A stretch of 64,000 bases of DNA, from NCBI GenBank assembly GCA_964621305.1, contig CAZUOM010000001.1:10390-74389 (forward strand), given 5' to 3'. A model generated the notes under the pieces. That model did not search any database and was not told where the DNA came from. It saw only the letters and a list, made by a program, of their open reading frames with translations. Made by a program: the position numbers and the translations under genes. Source of the DNA: an uncultured Gammaproteobacteria bacterium (GTDB lineage Bacteria; Patescibacteriota; Microgenomatia; UBA10105; UBA927). Position 1 is the stretch's first letter; every line of letters starts with the position of its first letter. This document shows positions 8,139 through 18,211 of this stretch, piece after piece.

Positions 8139-10061
8139 ATGAATATCCTTGTTCCAGATTCCTGGCTGCGCGAATTTTTAATTACAAAGGCTACTCCTTC
8201 TCAAATAAAGGAGTGTCTCTCGCTCTGCGGACCGTCGGTGGAGCGGATGCATAAAGTAAGCGGAGATGTCATCTACGATATCGAAGTCACAAGCAATAGG
8301 CCGGACTCAATGTCGGTTTTAGGCATCGCCCGCGAAGCAGCGGCAATTATGCCTAGGTTTGGAATTGCGGCAAAGCTTGTCAATGACCCATACGAAAATA
8401 ATTTAAAATTTCAAATTTCAAATTTAAAATTTGAGAAGAAACTAAAAATTAAAACAGATTCACAACTGAATCCCCGCTTTACATCGGTGGTTATAGATAA
8501 CGTAAAAGTCGGGCTTTCTCCTGCGTGGCTTCAGAAAAGATTGGAAGCTACTGGCAATCGATCGCTCAATAATATTATCGATATCACGAACTACATTATG
8601 CGCGCGTACGGACAACCTGTTCACGCGTTTGATTATGACCAAGTTTTGGGCCACAAAATGATTCTGCGTGCTTCTAAAAAGGGTGAAAGAGTCGAAACGT
8701 TGGATGGCAAAACGCGAATTCTCCCAGGAAATGATATCGTCATCGAAGATGGAAGCGGCAGGCTGATTGACCTTTGCGGCATTATGGGCGCGGAAAATTC
8801 CTCAGTCAAAAACTCGACCAAAACGATCGTCCTCTTTATGCAAATATATAATCCTGTCAACATTCGCAAAACCTCCATGTCTCTGGCAATCCGAACGGAA
8901 GCGGCGAGTCTTTTTGAGAAAGGCTTGGACTCCGAGCTTGTTTATCCGTCAATTATGAAGGGCATCGAGTTGTTTAAACAAATTGCCGGCGGCAGCGTTG
9001 CAAGCAGAATCTATGACATTTACCCTAAACAGTTCACTCCTTACAAAGTCAGCGTTTCTAAAGAAAAACTTTCTGCATACCTTGGCGTCGGTCTTGCCGA
9101 TAAAGATATCGTCAATATCCTAACCCCTCTCGGATTTTCCGTATTGACAGGGTCTCGCTCTGTCACTGTTAAGGTTCCCAGTTTCCGCCGAGACATAGAG
9201 ATTGACGTAGACATTATCGAGGAGGTCGCGCGAATTTACGGCTACCACAATATCAAGCGCAAACTCCCGTCCACAGAGCCGCCACTCGTTGTCCCAGACC
9301 CAGTGCTATCGTGGGAAGAAGAAATAAAAGTCCGCCTGCGCGACTGGGGATTTGTCGAAATTTACACGTACTCAATGATTTCTGAGGAAATGATGGACTT
9401 ATTTAAACTGAACAAGGAATCCGCCTATAAAATATCTAACCCTTTAAGTCAAGAATGGGTCTATATGCGGCCTACCCTTTTGCCGAGCATGCTTTCGACG
9501 ATCAAACAGAATCTCAATATTGAAAGCAATCTCAAGCTCTTCGAACTGAGCATGGTCTACCAATACCGCAAAGGCAATTTACCTATTGAAAAACCAGTTC
9601 TTGTCGTGGCTTGGACGGGAAACAGATACTGCGAGGCAAAGGGGTTAGCCGAAGCCCTGCTTTCTCTTTTTGGTATACCATCAAACTTATTAAACTCATA
9701 CGCCTCACTGAAATTGGTTGAGAATATAACAGTTTTAGAAATGGACTTTTCCAAACTGGTCAAAGACGCCAAACCCACAAAAGTCTACAATCCAATTCCC
9801 AAGTATCCGCCCAGCTACGAAGATCTGGCCCTCGTCGTGCCGCCAAAGACTCCCATCGGCCCGATGATCGAAGCGCTCAAAAAGGTTGACCCCCTTGTCG
9901 TCGATGTAAGCCTACTTGATTCCTACGAAAACGTACGTACCTTCCATATCACCTATCTTTCACCAGAGAAAAACCTGACAACAGAAGACATCCGCCCCAT
10001 CCGCGAAAAACTCCTCAAAGTAGCAGAAGAAAAATTTAACGCACAATTAAAAGCATTGTAG
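8139..10061 (+). CDS. pheT: Phenylalanyl-tRNA synthetase beta subunit (short form, 640 aa)
   Basis: N-terminus MNILVPDSWLREFL (B1 domain). B3/B4 and B5 regions and a C-terminal anticodon-binding-like domain. Directly follows pheS. Confidence 0.85.
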   Translation: MNILVPDSWLREFLITKATPSQIKECLSLCGPSVERMHKVSGDVIYDIEVTSNRPDSMSVLGIAREAAAIMPRFGIAAKLVNDPYENNLKFQISNLKFEKKLKIKTDSQLNPRFTSVVIDNVKVGLSPAWLQKRLEATGNRSLNNIIDITNYIMRAYGQPVHAFDYDQVLGHKMILRASKKGERVETLDGKTRILPGNDIVIEDGSGRLIDLCGIMGAENSSVKNSTKTIVLFMQIYNPVNIRKTSMSLAIRTEAASLFEKGLDSELVYPSIMKGIELFKQIAGGSVASRIYDIYPKQFTPYKVSVSKEKLSAYLGVGLADKDIVNILTPLGFSVLTGSRSVTVKVPSFRRDIEIDVDIIEEVARIYGYHNIKRKLPSTEPPLVVPDPVLSWEEEIKVRLRDWGFVEIYTYSMISEEMMDLFKLNKESAYKISNPLSQEWVYMRPTLLPSMLSTIKQNLNIESNLKLFELSMVYQYRKGNLPIEKPVLVVAWTGNRYCEAKGLAEALLSLFGIPSNLLNSYASLKLVENITVLEMDFSKLVKDAKPTKVYNPIPKYPPSYEDLALVVPPKTPIGPMIEALKKVDPLVVDVSLLDSYENVRTFHITYLSPEKNLTTEDIRPIREKLLKVAEEKFNAQLKAL

Positions 10062-10076
10062 TATAATAAGAAACAT

Positions 10077-10343
10077 ATGGTACGAAAAAATGTTACTGTT
10101 GACGAATATGACTTACCGGTCAAAATAGAATCCCAAAAAAATGGCGGGTTTGTTGCAGTTTGCCCCAGCTGGACGGACTGCTATGCGCAGGGAGATACGG
10201 TTGATGAAGCACTCTGGGAAATCGTTGGTGTAGCACAATCTCTGATTGAACTCTATAAAGAAGAAGGTATGGAAATTCCCTTAAAACTTGAAAGGCGCTC
10301 AAGCAATGCTTCATTTTCCGTCCCCGTGATCGTTGCTGCATGA
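10077..10343 (+). CDS. hicB: HicB-family antitoxin (UPF0150)
   Basis: ...GGFVAVCPSWTDCYAQGDTVDEALWEI... matches the HicB RNase-H-like fold pattern. Overlaps the downstream toxin gene by 4 nt. Confidence 0.7.
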   Translation: MVRKNVTVDEYDLPVKIESQKNGGFVAVCPSWTDCYAQGDTVDEALWEIVGVAQSLIELYKEEGMEIPLKLERRSSNASFSVPVIVAA

Positions 10344-10552
10344 AGCCGCTAAAGTATCGAGACGTGGTCAAAAAAGTCAGAAAGCTTGGTTTTGTTTTTC
10401 GAAGAAACACCGGCGGAACCCACGAAATCTGGTGGAACGAAGAAACAAAGAAAACCTGTGTGATCCCGCATCATCACGAAATAGCACCCGGAACTCTCAA
10501 AAATATTTTACGTCAGATAAACATTAGCGAGTCTGAATTTCAAAGAGTTTAG
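10340..10552 (+). CDS. hicA: HicA mRNA interferase toxin
   Basis: 70 aa. KLGFVFRRNTGGTHEIWWNEETKKTCVIPHHHEIAPGTLKNILRQ is typical HicA/YcfA. Confidence 0.75.
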   Translation: MKPLKYRDVVKKVRKLGFVFRRNTGGTHEIWWNEETKKTCVIPHHHEIAPGTLKNILRQINISESEFQRV

Positions 10553-10603
10553 GGAACGGTTGGAGGCAACGTATTGCGGTCTAACGGGTTACTACGCCTG
10601 GCA

Positions 10604-10990
10604 TCATCGACTTAGGTAGGCTTTAAGGCGAGAAATATTTGATGCAAGACTATTATTGACCCTTACGATTGCATCATAAAAATTATCATTTTCCAAACCA
10701 TTTACCAGAATAAGTTTTGCAGCTTGAACAGCCTGCGAATCATTAAGAGAAAAATACCTGGCTTGTTGAAGTCCCACTATTAGTTCATGGACATCTTGCA
10801 ACACCATGTTGGTAGTGAGCATATCATACAAGCGTATTGCACCAGCCGCTCTAGGATCTTCTTCCGCAACTCCTAAAACTTGAGCCCAATCGGATTGCTC
10901 AGGAGTTTTAAAAGCATAGCCAATCTCATCGAGCAATTTTTTTCTTGCCTCAATAATTTCGTGCGATATTGGTTGTTCTGACTCTGGCAT
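10604..10990 (-). CDS. Hypothetical protein (128 aa)
   Basis: Intact ORF convergent with hicA. No motif recognised. Confidence 0.4.
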   Translation of the reverse strand: MPESEQPISHEIIEARKKLLDEIGYAFKTPEQSDWAQVLGVAEEDPRAAGAIRLYDMLTTNMVLQDVHELIVGLQQARYFSLNDSQAVQAAKLILVNGLENDNFYDAIVRVNNSLASNISRLKAYLSR

Positions 10991-11031
10991 AATACGATTA
11001 TACTACGAATGCCCGGTAAATATACGAATAT

Positions 11032-13686
11032 TTATGGTGTCGGTATGGGCGTAAGGGTGGGGGTTAATGTCGGCGTTGGAGTGGGCGTAGGAGTAGGAGT
11101 TGGAGTTGGAGTTGGAGTTGGAGTTGTGAAGGGCTCTTTGATGGCAACCCGTACTGAGGCATCCGAAGTATTGCTTTTGCTGTCTGTGGCTTTCACTTTT
11201 ATCGTATGCTGACCATTAGTAACATTTATCGTTTCGGATATTGAGCTTCCCGAAACAGTTTTTACTAAACTTCCATCGACAAAAATTTCTACCTTATTTA
11301 TGTCGAGGCTCGCGCCTATATCCGCTCTCACTTTTACATCGTTACTGTCGATGCGCTGTGTATCAATGGGTTCCTTGATTGAAACCCCAACTTGATCGCT
11401 GCCTTGATAGAAATCGCGCGGCGGATGAAGAAGGGGATCGCCCTGGCCCGCCAGCCACTTGTCGATCCCTTCCTGCCAGCGGTTTTTGCCGTCTGTCGAA
11501 ATCGGGTCAGCCTCGGCAAACACCACGAAATCTTTTGTGTCGTATTCGCCCTTAGCCACTTCCACGTAATTGGCAAGCTTGTCGTTGTCTTTTTTAGAAA
11601 GCTTAAGTTTTTGATAAATTCCTGCCGGCCCGATCGGTTCCGTACCTTTGAGAAATCGCTCTTTTCTTGTTGGGCGGCCGGGAGCGGGCAAGCCTCCGCC
11701 GTAGGCGTCGATTTCAAGCTCAACTATACTCTCCGGCCTGTCAAACGACTCGTCGGGTAGATCTCTAACCGCCTCGCGGATCAAGCGGTTCCAGATCGGT
11801 GCTGCCCCTGTAACACCCGAGGCCAAAGAAGGATGCATGGGAGAGTTATCATTATTTCCGACCCAAACTCCAATAACGCGCTGCTTTGCTCCGCCGACTG
11901 TCCAATTATCACGTTTATCGTCTGTTGTTCCGGTTTTGGCAAAAACTGACCGCCCTGCGATTACCAAATGGGAACGCTCTCCAAAGATTTCTTTTCTGGC
12001 TTCGTTATCTGAAAGAATATCGGTAACTAGGAATGCGATGCCAGCGTCCAGCACACGCCGTGGGGAGGCAATCTTGTGTTCAAAAATGACCTTGCCTTTA
12101 CTGTCTTCAACCTTGAGAATCGACACTGGGTCCTGACGAAAGCCCCCGGTCGCAAATACTCCAAATGCACTCACTAGATCCAGGAGCTTCACTTCACCGC
12201 CGCCCAAGGTAATCGAAAGGCCAAGACGCAAAACGTTCTCATCAGTTGGCTCAAGAGAGGAAATTCCCATATCGTAGGCTAGCCGCAAGATATCTTTAAT
12301 GCCAACCAGCGCCGTAATTTTGACGGCAATCATGTTTATCGAGTTGCCTAGGGCATACCGGAGTTGCACTGGTCCGCGGAACTTGTTATCATAGTTTTTG
12401 GGGTTATACTCGGGCTTCACCGGATCCCCGGAGGGGTATTTGGTATCTACATCCAGAAGCAGTGTTGAGGCTGTGTAGCCTTTTTTAAAGGCTGCGGCAT
12501 AGGTAATGGGTTTGATGGCGCTTCCGGGCTGTCTTAGGCCCTGGGTAGCGACGTTAAATTTAAACCCGCTGCTATCGGTTGCAGTATAATCTTTGGAGCC
12601 AACCATGGCCAAAATATCTCCGCTAGCGGGATCAATAACCACTGCTGAACCATTACTGACCCTAAGTTTTTTAGCCTTATCAACTTCTTCAGCAACAATT
12701 TTCTGCGCTTTTTCCTGAAGTTTCCAGTCTAGCGTCGTCATTACTTTAAGTCCGCCGCCTTCCACCATCTTTGAGCCAAACTTATCAACCAGCTGCTCTT
12801 TGACGTACGCAACAAAGTGGGGAGCACGCAAGCCCGCGTCGCCCGCGGCAAACACCACCGACTCGAGCTGTTTCCTTGCCTCTGCTTCGGAAAAAGCAGA
12901 AATATAGCCGTCTTCGCGCATCCTACGGAGTACCTGTGTGGCGCGCGCAATGTATGCCTTGGGGTCTTTGCCAAAAGGTGAGTAGAGCCCTGGCGCCTGG
13001 GGCAAACCGGCTAAGATAACCGACTCAACAAGAGTGAGACCACTGACTGGCTTGCCGAAGTAATATTGAGCTGCCGCCTCTACACCAACGGCCGTCCCAC
13101 CGTAAGGCGCTTCGTTAAGATACATTCGTAAAATTTCATCTTTGCTGTACTTGCGTTCTATCTGGATTGCTAGAACGGCTTCTTTCATTTTCCGCGGAAT
13201 GGTGCGTTCTTTCGTTAGGAGCACGTTTTTGACTAGCTGCTGCGTGAGAGTTGAGCCTCCCTGAACTTGGCCGAGGAAAATAGTTGTCAAAAGCGCGCGC
13301 AGTAAACCAGTTGTAGAAAGCCCCTGGTGTTTGTAGAATTCTTTGTCTTCAACTGCGATCGTCGCGTCTTTGAGATATTGAGGAATATCTTCCCACTTGA
13401 CAGGAATCCTGTTTTCGTTTTCAAAAATGTCATAAAGCCTCTCGCCGTTTCGGTCCAAGATTACTGTAGATAGCCCCTCAATTCGTTTTACCTTATCCGG
13501 CCGCGGCAAGTCCTTGGCATACCAGGCAAAGAGGAGTCCGGTCAATAATGTCAAAGCAACAAGCCCAACGAAAACGGAGATCGCTATAGTCGTAACAAGC
13601 TTGAGCCTGCCCGTCGGCCGGCGAAACGTCAACGTTCGCCTGCGTTGTCTCTCAAAAAATAAATCGTACATGTTTTTATTTGACAT
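11032..13686 (-). CDS. Class A penicillin-binding protein (transglycosylase/transpeptidase) with a C-terminal extension and a (TP)n tail
   Basis: N-terminal TM helix. GT51 motifs (EDKEFYKHQGLS, RKMKEAVLAIQIE). Transpeptidase region. C-terminus ends TPTPTPTPTPTPTPTPTLTPTLTPIPTP. Confidence 0.85.
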   Translation of the reverse strand: MSNKNMYDLFFERQRRRTLTFRRPTGRLKLVTTIAISVFVGLVALTLLTGLLFAWYAKDLPRPDKVKRIEGLSTVILDRNGERLYDIFENENRIPVKWEDIPQYLKDATIAVEDKEFYKHQGLSTTGLLRALLTTIFLGQVQGGSTLTQQLVKNVLLTKERTIPRKMKEAVLAIQIERKYSKDEILRMYLNEAPYGGTAVGVEAAAQYYFGKPVSGLTLVESVILAGLPQAPGLYSPFGKDPKAYIARATQVLRRMREDGYISAFSEAEARKQLESVVFAAGDAGLRAPHFVAYVKEQLVDKFGSKMVEGGGLKVMTTLDWKLQEKAQKIVAEEVDKAKKLRVSNGSAVVIDPASGDILAMVGSKDYTATDSSGFKFNVATQGLRQPGSAIKPITYAAAFKKGYTASTLLLDVDTKYPSGDPVKPEYNPKNYDNKFRGPVQLRYALGNSINMIAVKITALVGIKDILRLAYDMGISSLEPTDENVLRLGLSITLGGGEVKLLDLVSAFGVFATGGFRQDPVSILKVEDSKGKVIFEHKIASPRRVLDAGIAFLVTDILSDNEARKEIFGERSHLVIAGRSVFAKTGTTDDKRDNWTVGGAKQRVIGVWVGNNDNSPMHPSLASGVTGAAPIWNRLIREAVRDLPDESFDRPESIVELEIDAYGGGLPAPGRPTRKERFLKGTEPIGPAGIYQKLKLSKKDNDKLANYVEVAKGEYDTKDFVVFAEADPISTDGKNRWQEGIDKWLAGQGDPLLHPPRDFYQGSDQVGVSIKEPIDTQRIDSNDVKVRADIGASLDINKVEIFVDGSLVKTVSGSSISETINVTNGQHTIKVKATDSKSNTSDASVRVAIKEPFTTPTPTPTPTPTPTPTPTPTLTPTLTPIPTP

Positions 13687-13779
13687 TCACCTTTCTTTGT
13701 GTTAAAGTAGTTTTTGCAGTCTGGCAACAGATTGTCATCAACCGCCCGTTGTAAAAGACGGGCTTTTTGATGGAAATGG

Positions 13780-14283
13780 CTACTTTCTTTGAATTTTCCC
13801 TCGAATTTTTCGCAAATCGATATAGCTATCTGCTACGGCAACGAGCTCCCTAGATACGTGATGTTTCGTAGAAACAACAACAACTTTTTTGCCTCTTTTC
13901 CGCAGTTCCCCAAGCAGGTAAGCAAAGTCACTATCGCCGGAAAAAAGTACGATTTCATTATAAGAATCTACCCGTTTCATTGCTTCTACTGTTATTTCTA
14001 CGTCAAAGTCGGCTTTTCGTGTGTGAGCAGGATCTGCTTTGCTCCGAATCTGCTTCAGTGCTTTCGTAATAAGGGTGTAACCAGTCTTTTTTAACACGGT
14101 CAAAAACGCATCGTGGGATGGTGTTGCAAATCTCGCAGAAAAAAAGCCAGTATAGGTTACCTGATAACTCTGTGCCAGCCAGCGAGACAGTTTCCGATAG
14201 TCTACGCGCCAGTGTTGTGCCTTAGCAGATTGTTCGAGATTTGCTGCGTCGATAAAAACCGCTGTTCTTTTTTTCTTTCCCAC
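13780..14283 (-). CDS. NYN/LabA-like domain protein (predicted RNase)
   Basis: RTAVFIDAANL...VLFSGDSDFAYL is a PIN-like NYN signature with conserved acidic residues. Confidence 0.65.
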   Translation of the reverse strand: MGKKKRTAVFIDAANLEQSAKAQHWRVDYRKLSRWLAQSYQVTYTGFFSARFATPSHDAFLTVLKKTGYTLITKALKQIRSKADPAHTRKADFDVEITVEAMKRVDSYNEIVLFSGDSDFAYLLGELRKRGKKVVVVSTKHHVSRELVAVADSYIDLRKIRGKIQRK

Positions 14284-14442
14284 CTCTCCATTCTATCTAA
14301 CCCTTGCATTTATTGCCAATTTGTGGAATAATCTTTTCAGTATGACCAACCAGACGAGAAATTTTACGTATATCTTAATCGTAAATCTCGCAAAAGCGGG
14401 AGCGGTTTGTCTTGTATAAAATTTAGAAATTTAACCAAACCA

Positions 14443-14467
14443 ATCCCGCGCAAGCGGGATTTTTTTA
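14443..14467 (+). terminator. Rho-independent terminator-like hairpin in the tyrS upstream region
   Basis: ATCCCGCgcaaGCGGGAT followed by TTTTTTT. Confidence 0.5.
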
Positions 14468-14683
14468 TGTGTTGGTTAATGATCCCATCTCTTTGGCGGG
14501 AGAATTTACCAACCATAAACCCCGTAGACGCGACTCCGTGAGGCGAGGACGTAGGCCTCGCGAACGGCGAGCGTTCTACTGGGGTGGAGACAAGAATGAC
14601 AGAGGTAAGCGTAGTATTGGGATTAGCGCGAACGTGCTAGCTCGCGGAAACGAATCCATTGATGATTTGAGGAGGTGATACTT

Positions 14684-14863
14684 ATGCCGACCCCAGAAGC
14701 CGAAAAACAAGCAATCGAGGCTGCACAAGAAGCGATACAAGCATCCTTTGATGATCCGCCAATAACGCTAGAGATAGAGGAAATAATCGCAGCTGGCTCT
14801 GATGGTAAATTACGGCCTGATCTTCCTAGGATCGACAAGACCAATGTTTTTCCGGTTATGTAG
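14684..14863 (+). CDS. Small acidic protein (59 aa), hypothetical
   Basis: Strong SD, gaggaggtg, 7 nt upstream of the ATG. Lies immediately upstream of tyrS. Confidence 0.35.
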   Translation: MPTPEAEKQAIEAAQEAIQASFDDPPITLEIEEIIAAGSDGKLRPDLPRIDKTNVFPVM

Positions 14864-14888
14864 TGTATGCTATATTGAAAGGAAATCT

Positions 14889-16073
14889 ATGGATGCAATT
14901 GAGGAACTATTAACCAGGGGAGTTGAAAATATCATTCCAAGCAAGGAGAAGCTTCGGGAACTTCTTGCGAGCGGAAAAAAGCTCAATGTGTATTTGGGCA
15001 TTGATCCGACTGCCACTCAAATTCATATTGGGCATGCAGTACCCCTACGTAAACTTAACGCTTTTGCTCAATTAGGGCACAATGTAACATTCTTGATTGG
15101 AGATTTCACAGCACTCATCGGTGATACGTCAGACAAAGACGCTGAACGGCCGATTTTAACGAGCCAACAGATACAGGAAAATTTTCAAACCTACAAAAAA
15201 CAGGCAGCAAAGGTATTGGATTTTTCCAAAGTGAAAGTGCGTTTCAACAGTCAATGGCTAAGAGAATTGAAGTTTGCGGATATTGTCAAACTTTGCCAGC
15301 ATTTTTCAGCAGGCGATTTTGTGGGCAGAGAACTCATCAAAAAAAGGCTGACAGAAGGAACGAAGGTTGGGCTTCACGAGCTTCTCTATCCAGTTATGCA
15401 AGGATACGACAGCTACTTTATGGACACCGATATTCAACTGGGCGGCACAGACCAGACGTTTAATATGCAGGCGGGCCGCGTCCTGCAAAAAGATTTGCGC
15501 AACAAGGAATCTTTTATTGTTTCCAACGGTTTCCTAGAAGGGACGGACGGCAGAAAGATGAGCAAAACCTGGGGCAACGCGATCTGGCTTACTGATGAAC
15601 CGAACGACATGTTTGGGAAAGTGATGTCACTCAAAGATGAACTTATCGTCAACTATTTTACTCTTGCGACTTGCGCGACAATGGAGGAAATTGAGGAATT
15701 TCAAAAACAATTACAGTCGGGAGAAAATCCGATGAGAATCAAAAAACTACTCGCTTACCGGTTAGTATCCGAGCTCCACAGTAAAAAAGAGGCAGAATCG
15801 GCTCAAGCGGAGTTTGAACGCGTCTTCCAGCAGGGTAAACCTCCAGGCCCTCATATATTAATATATGAAACTAAACAAACTGACTGGGACCCGGTGGAGC
15901 TTCTTGTCGCAACGAAACTTGCACCGAGTAAATCCGAAGCAAAGCGATTACTGCAGCAAAAATCAGTTGAAAAAAATTCTTCACCTATCGCTTCTCACTT
16001 ATCGCTTATCACTTTATCTAATGGTGATATAATCAAGGTAGGAAAGAAAAAGTTTTTAAAAATAGTACTGTGA
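14889..16073 (+). CDS. tyrS: Tyrosyl-tRNA synthetase
   Basis: HIGH motif (DPTATQIHIGHAV), KMSKS motif (GRKMSKTWGN) and a C-terminal S4-like domain. Start chosen at MDAIEEL after the RBS aaaggaaa. Confidence 0.9.
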   Translation: MDAIEELLTRGVENIIPSKEKLRELLASGKKLNVYLGIDPTATQIHIGHAVPLRKLNAFAQLGHNVTFLIGDFTALIGDTSDKDAERPILTSQQIQENFQTYKKQAAKVLDFSKVKVRFNSQWLRELKFADIVKLCQHFSAGDFVGRELIKKRLTEGTKVGLHELLYPVMQGYDSYFMDTDIQLGGTDQTFNMQAGRVLQKDLRNKESFIVSNGFLEGTDGRKMSKTWGNAIWLTDEPNDMFGKVMSLKDELIVNYFTLATCATMEEIEEFQKQLQSGENPMRIKKLLAYRLVSELHSKKEAESAQAEFERVFQQGKPPGPHILIYETKQTDWDPVELLVATKLAPSKSEAKRLLQQKSVEKNSSPIASHLSLITLSNGDIIKVGKKKFLKIVL

Positions 16074-16173
16074 ATTTCTTTAGAAAGCACCAGCGGTTTT
16101 GGAAAGTGATGGTCATCATTGCATCGGTGGCCTTGGTTGCCTCTTCTTTCGTCCCGTTCCTCGCTGGAGGGTT

Positions 16174-18189
16174 ATGACGCTTTCTTCTCCCGCCCAGTAC
16201 ATCTCGCGTGTGGGGCCGCGGATGGCGAAGTTATTGGAAAAACTCGAAATAAAAACCGTTAAGGATCTTCTCTATCACATCCCCTTCCGCTACAATGATT
16301 TTTCTCTGGTATCACAGATTGCGGCCGTGCAACCGGGAGAAATTGTCACAATTTCCGGCACGATCACAAAATTTCATAACGCATTTACCAAAACAGGCAA
16401 AAAGATTCAGGAAGCAAAAGTAACGGACCAAACCGGCACAATCGAAGTTGTATGGTTTAATCAAACATATCTTGCGAAACTTTTGCCTGTAGGGACCATC
16501 ATTACATTGTCCGGCAAAGTTGATTGGTTCGGAAGTAAGATAGTTATAAATTCCCCGGTTTGGGAAGTGGCCCAAAGCTCTTTACATACCGGAAGAATTG
16601 TTCCGGTTTATTCTGAAACCGAAGGAATCACTTCAAAATGGCTACGGGGGAGGATTGCATACCTTTTGGATAATGTTCTTAATCAAGTAGAGGAGATACT
16701 TCCGCAGTCCACAAGAGATCACTACCGACTGCCCGATATCCAAACTGCACTTAAAACGGTTCACTTTCCGCAAACTTTAGAACTAGCCAAAGCTGCCCGG
16801 CATCGCTTGGCGTTTGAAGAAGCGTTTCTCCTCCATCTGACCAGTTACATACGCCGTCGCGATTGGGAAACAGACAAAAAAGCATATCCGATGAATATCC
16901 CTGCCGCCAAAGTAGAAGAGTTTATCCGGGACCTTCCATTTCCTCTTACCGATGACCAGAAAACTGCTACAAGCGATATAGTCAGTGATTTAGCAAAACA
17001 CACACCTATGAATCGACTGCTGGTCGGCGACGTGGGAAGCGGAAAAACAGTGGTTGCAACAATTGCGATGTACATTGCGTACAAAAACGGTCTGCAGTCA
17101 GCCCTCATGGCACCAACCGAGATCCTTGCGATGCAGCACTATGAAACAATATCTAAACTACTCACTCCACTTGGAATGACGGTCGGCATAAGGACGGGAT
17201 CTAGGAAATCGCAAAATTCGGACGTTATCATTGGCACACACGCGCTTCTGTCTGAATCAATACGATTTAACAAACTCGGTCTTGTCGTCATCGACGAGCA
17301 GCACCGTTTTGGCGTTCTTCAGCGATCAAAGTTATTACGCAAAGCCGTTGGCAGCTTGACTCCGCATTTTTTAACCATGACTGCCACTCCCATTCCTCGC
17401 ACGATGGCAAGGACGCTGTTTGGCAACATAGATCTTTCGATCCTCGACCAAATGCCTTTAGGCCGCAAAAAAATCAAAACTTGGGTTGTACCAACAACCA
17501 AACGGGACAAGGCCTATCTTTGGATCAAACAGCAGCTCCGTCAAACCGGCGGACAAGCGTTTATTATTTGCCCACTCATTGAGGAATCAGAAACGTTGAA
17601 TATGGTCAAATCAGTCAAGAAAGAGTATGCGCGGCTGACTAAAATATTTTCCGAATTTTCAGTCGGACTCTTACACGGCCGGATGAAACCCGCAGAAAAA
17701 ACGAGAGCTCTCGATCGCTTTCGCACAGGCAGCTATGCGATACTCGTTTCAACCCCAGTTGTTGAGGTAGGCATTGACGTGCCAAACGCAACAATCATGA
17801 TGATCGAGGGCTCCGAACGATTCGGTTTGGCGGGGCTTCATCAACTGCGCGGCCGTGTTGGTCGAGGAACAAAGGAAAGCTATTGTCTTGTTTTCACTGA
17901 ACAAGACGACGAGGCAACGATCCAACGTTTAAAATCCATGGAAACCGTCTTTAGCGGACCGAGTTTGGCTGAAATCGACCTGACCATCCGCGGACCCGGT
18001 CAACTGTTCGGCAGGCAGCAACATGGATTTACCAGCCTTAAAGTCGCACAGTTTTCCGATTTAAAACTTATCGAGGACACGCGGCAAGCAGTGAATCTTC
18101 TCACAAAAGGGGACCCAGACCTGGTCAATTTTCCACTCTTGAGGAGTAAAGCTTCAGAGGATATAATAGACGGAGTCATTTCTGACTGA
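16174..18189 (+). CDS. recG: ATP-dependent DNA helicase RecG
   Basis: Wedge domain plus helicase motifs: GDVGSGKTVVA (Walker A), DEQHRFG, TATPIPRT. Start chosen at MTLSS after the SD ggaggg. Confidence 0.85.
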   Translation: MTLSSPAQYISRVGPRMAKLLEKLEIKTVKDLLYHIPFRYNDFSLVSQIAAVQPGEIVTISGTITKFHNAFTKTGKKIQEAKVTDQTGTIEVVWFNQTYLAKLLPVGTIITLSGKVDWFGSKIVINSPVWEVAQSSLHTGRIVPVYSETEGITSKWLRGRIAYLLDNVLNQVEEILPQSTRDHYRLPDIQTALKTVHFPQTLELAKAARHRLAFEEAFLLHLTSYIRRRDWETDKKAYPMNIPAAKVEEFIRDLPFPLTDDQKTATSDIVSDLAKHTPMNRLLVGDVGSGKTVVATIAMYIAYKNGLQSALMAPTEILAMQHYETISKLLTPLGMTVGIRTGSRKSQNSDVIIGTHALLSESIRFNKLGLVVIDEQHRFGVLQRSKLLRKAVGSLTPHFLTMTATPIPRTMARTLFGNIDLSILDQMPLGRKKIKTWVVPTTKRDKAYLWIKQQLRQTGGQAFIICPLIEESETLNMVKSVKKEYARLTKIFSEFSVGLLHGRMKPAEKTRALDRFRTGSYAILVSTPVVEVGIDVPNATIMMIEGSERFGLAGLHQLRGRVGRGTKESYCLVFTEQDDEATIQRLKSMETVFSGPSLAEIDLTIRGPGQLFGRQQHGFTSLKVAQFSDLKLIEDTRQAVNLLTKGDPDLVNFPLLRSKASEDIIDGVISD

Positions 18190-18211
18190 ATTTTAAATTT
18201 TAAATTAAAAC

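Noticed and set aside
11009-11212. Plus-strand ORF encoding (GV)n
   Set aside because: It is the antisense reading of the (TP)n-encoding repeat at the 3' end of the minus-strand PBP gene, so it is not an independent gene.
14284-14888. T-box riboswitch upstream of tyrS
   Set aside because: I looked for the AGGGTGGNACCGCG core. Only a weak GGGGTGGAGAC was found, not adjacent to a terminator, so the T-box idea was dropped for tyrS. It is retained only for thrS.
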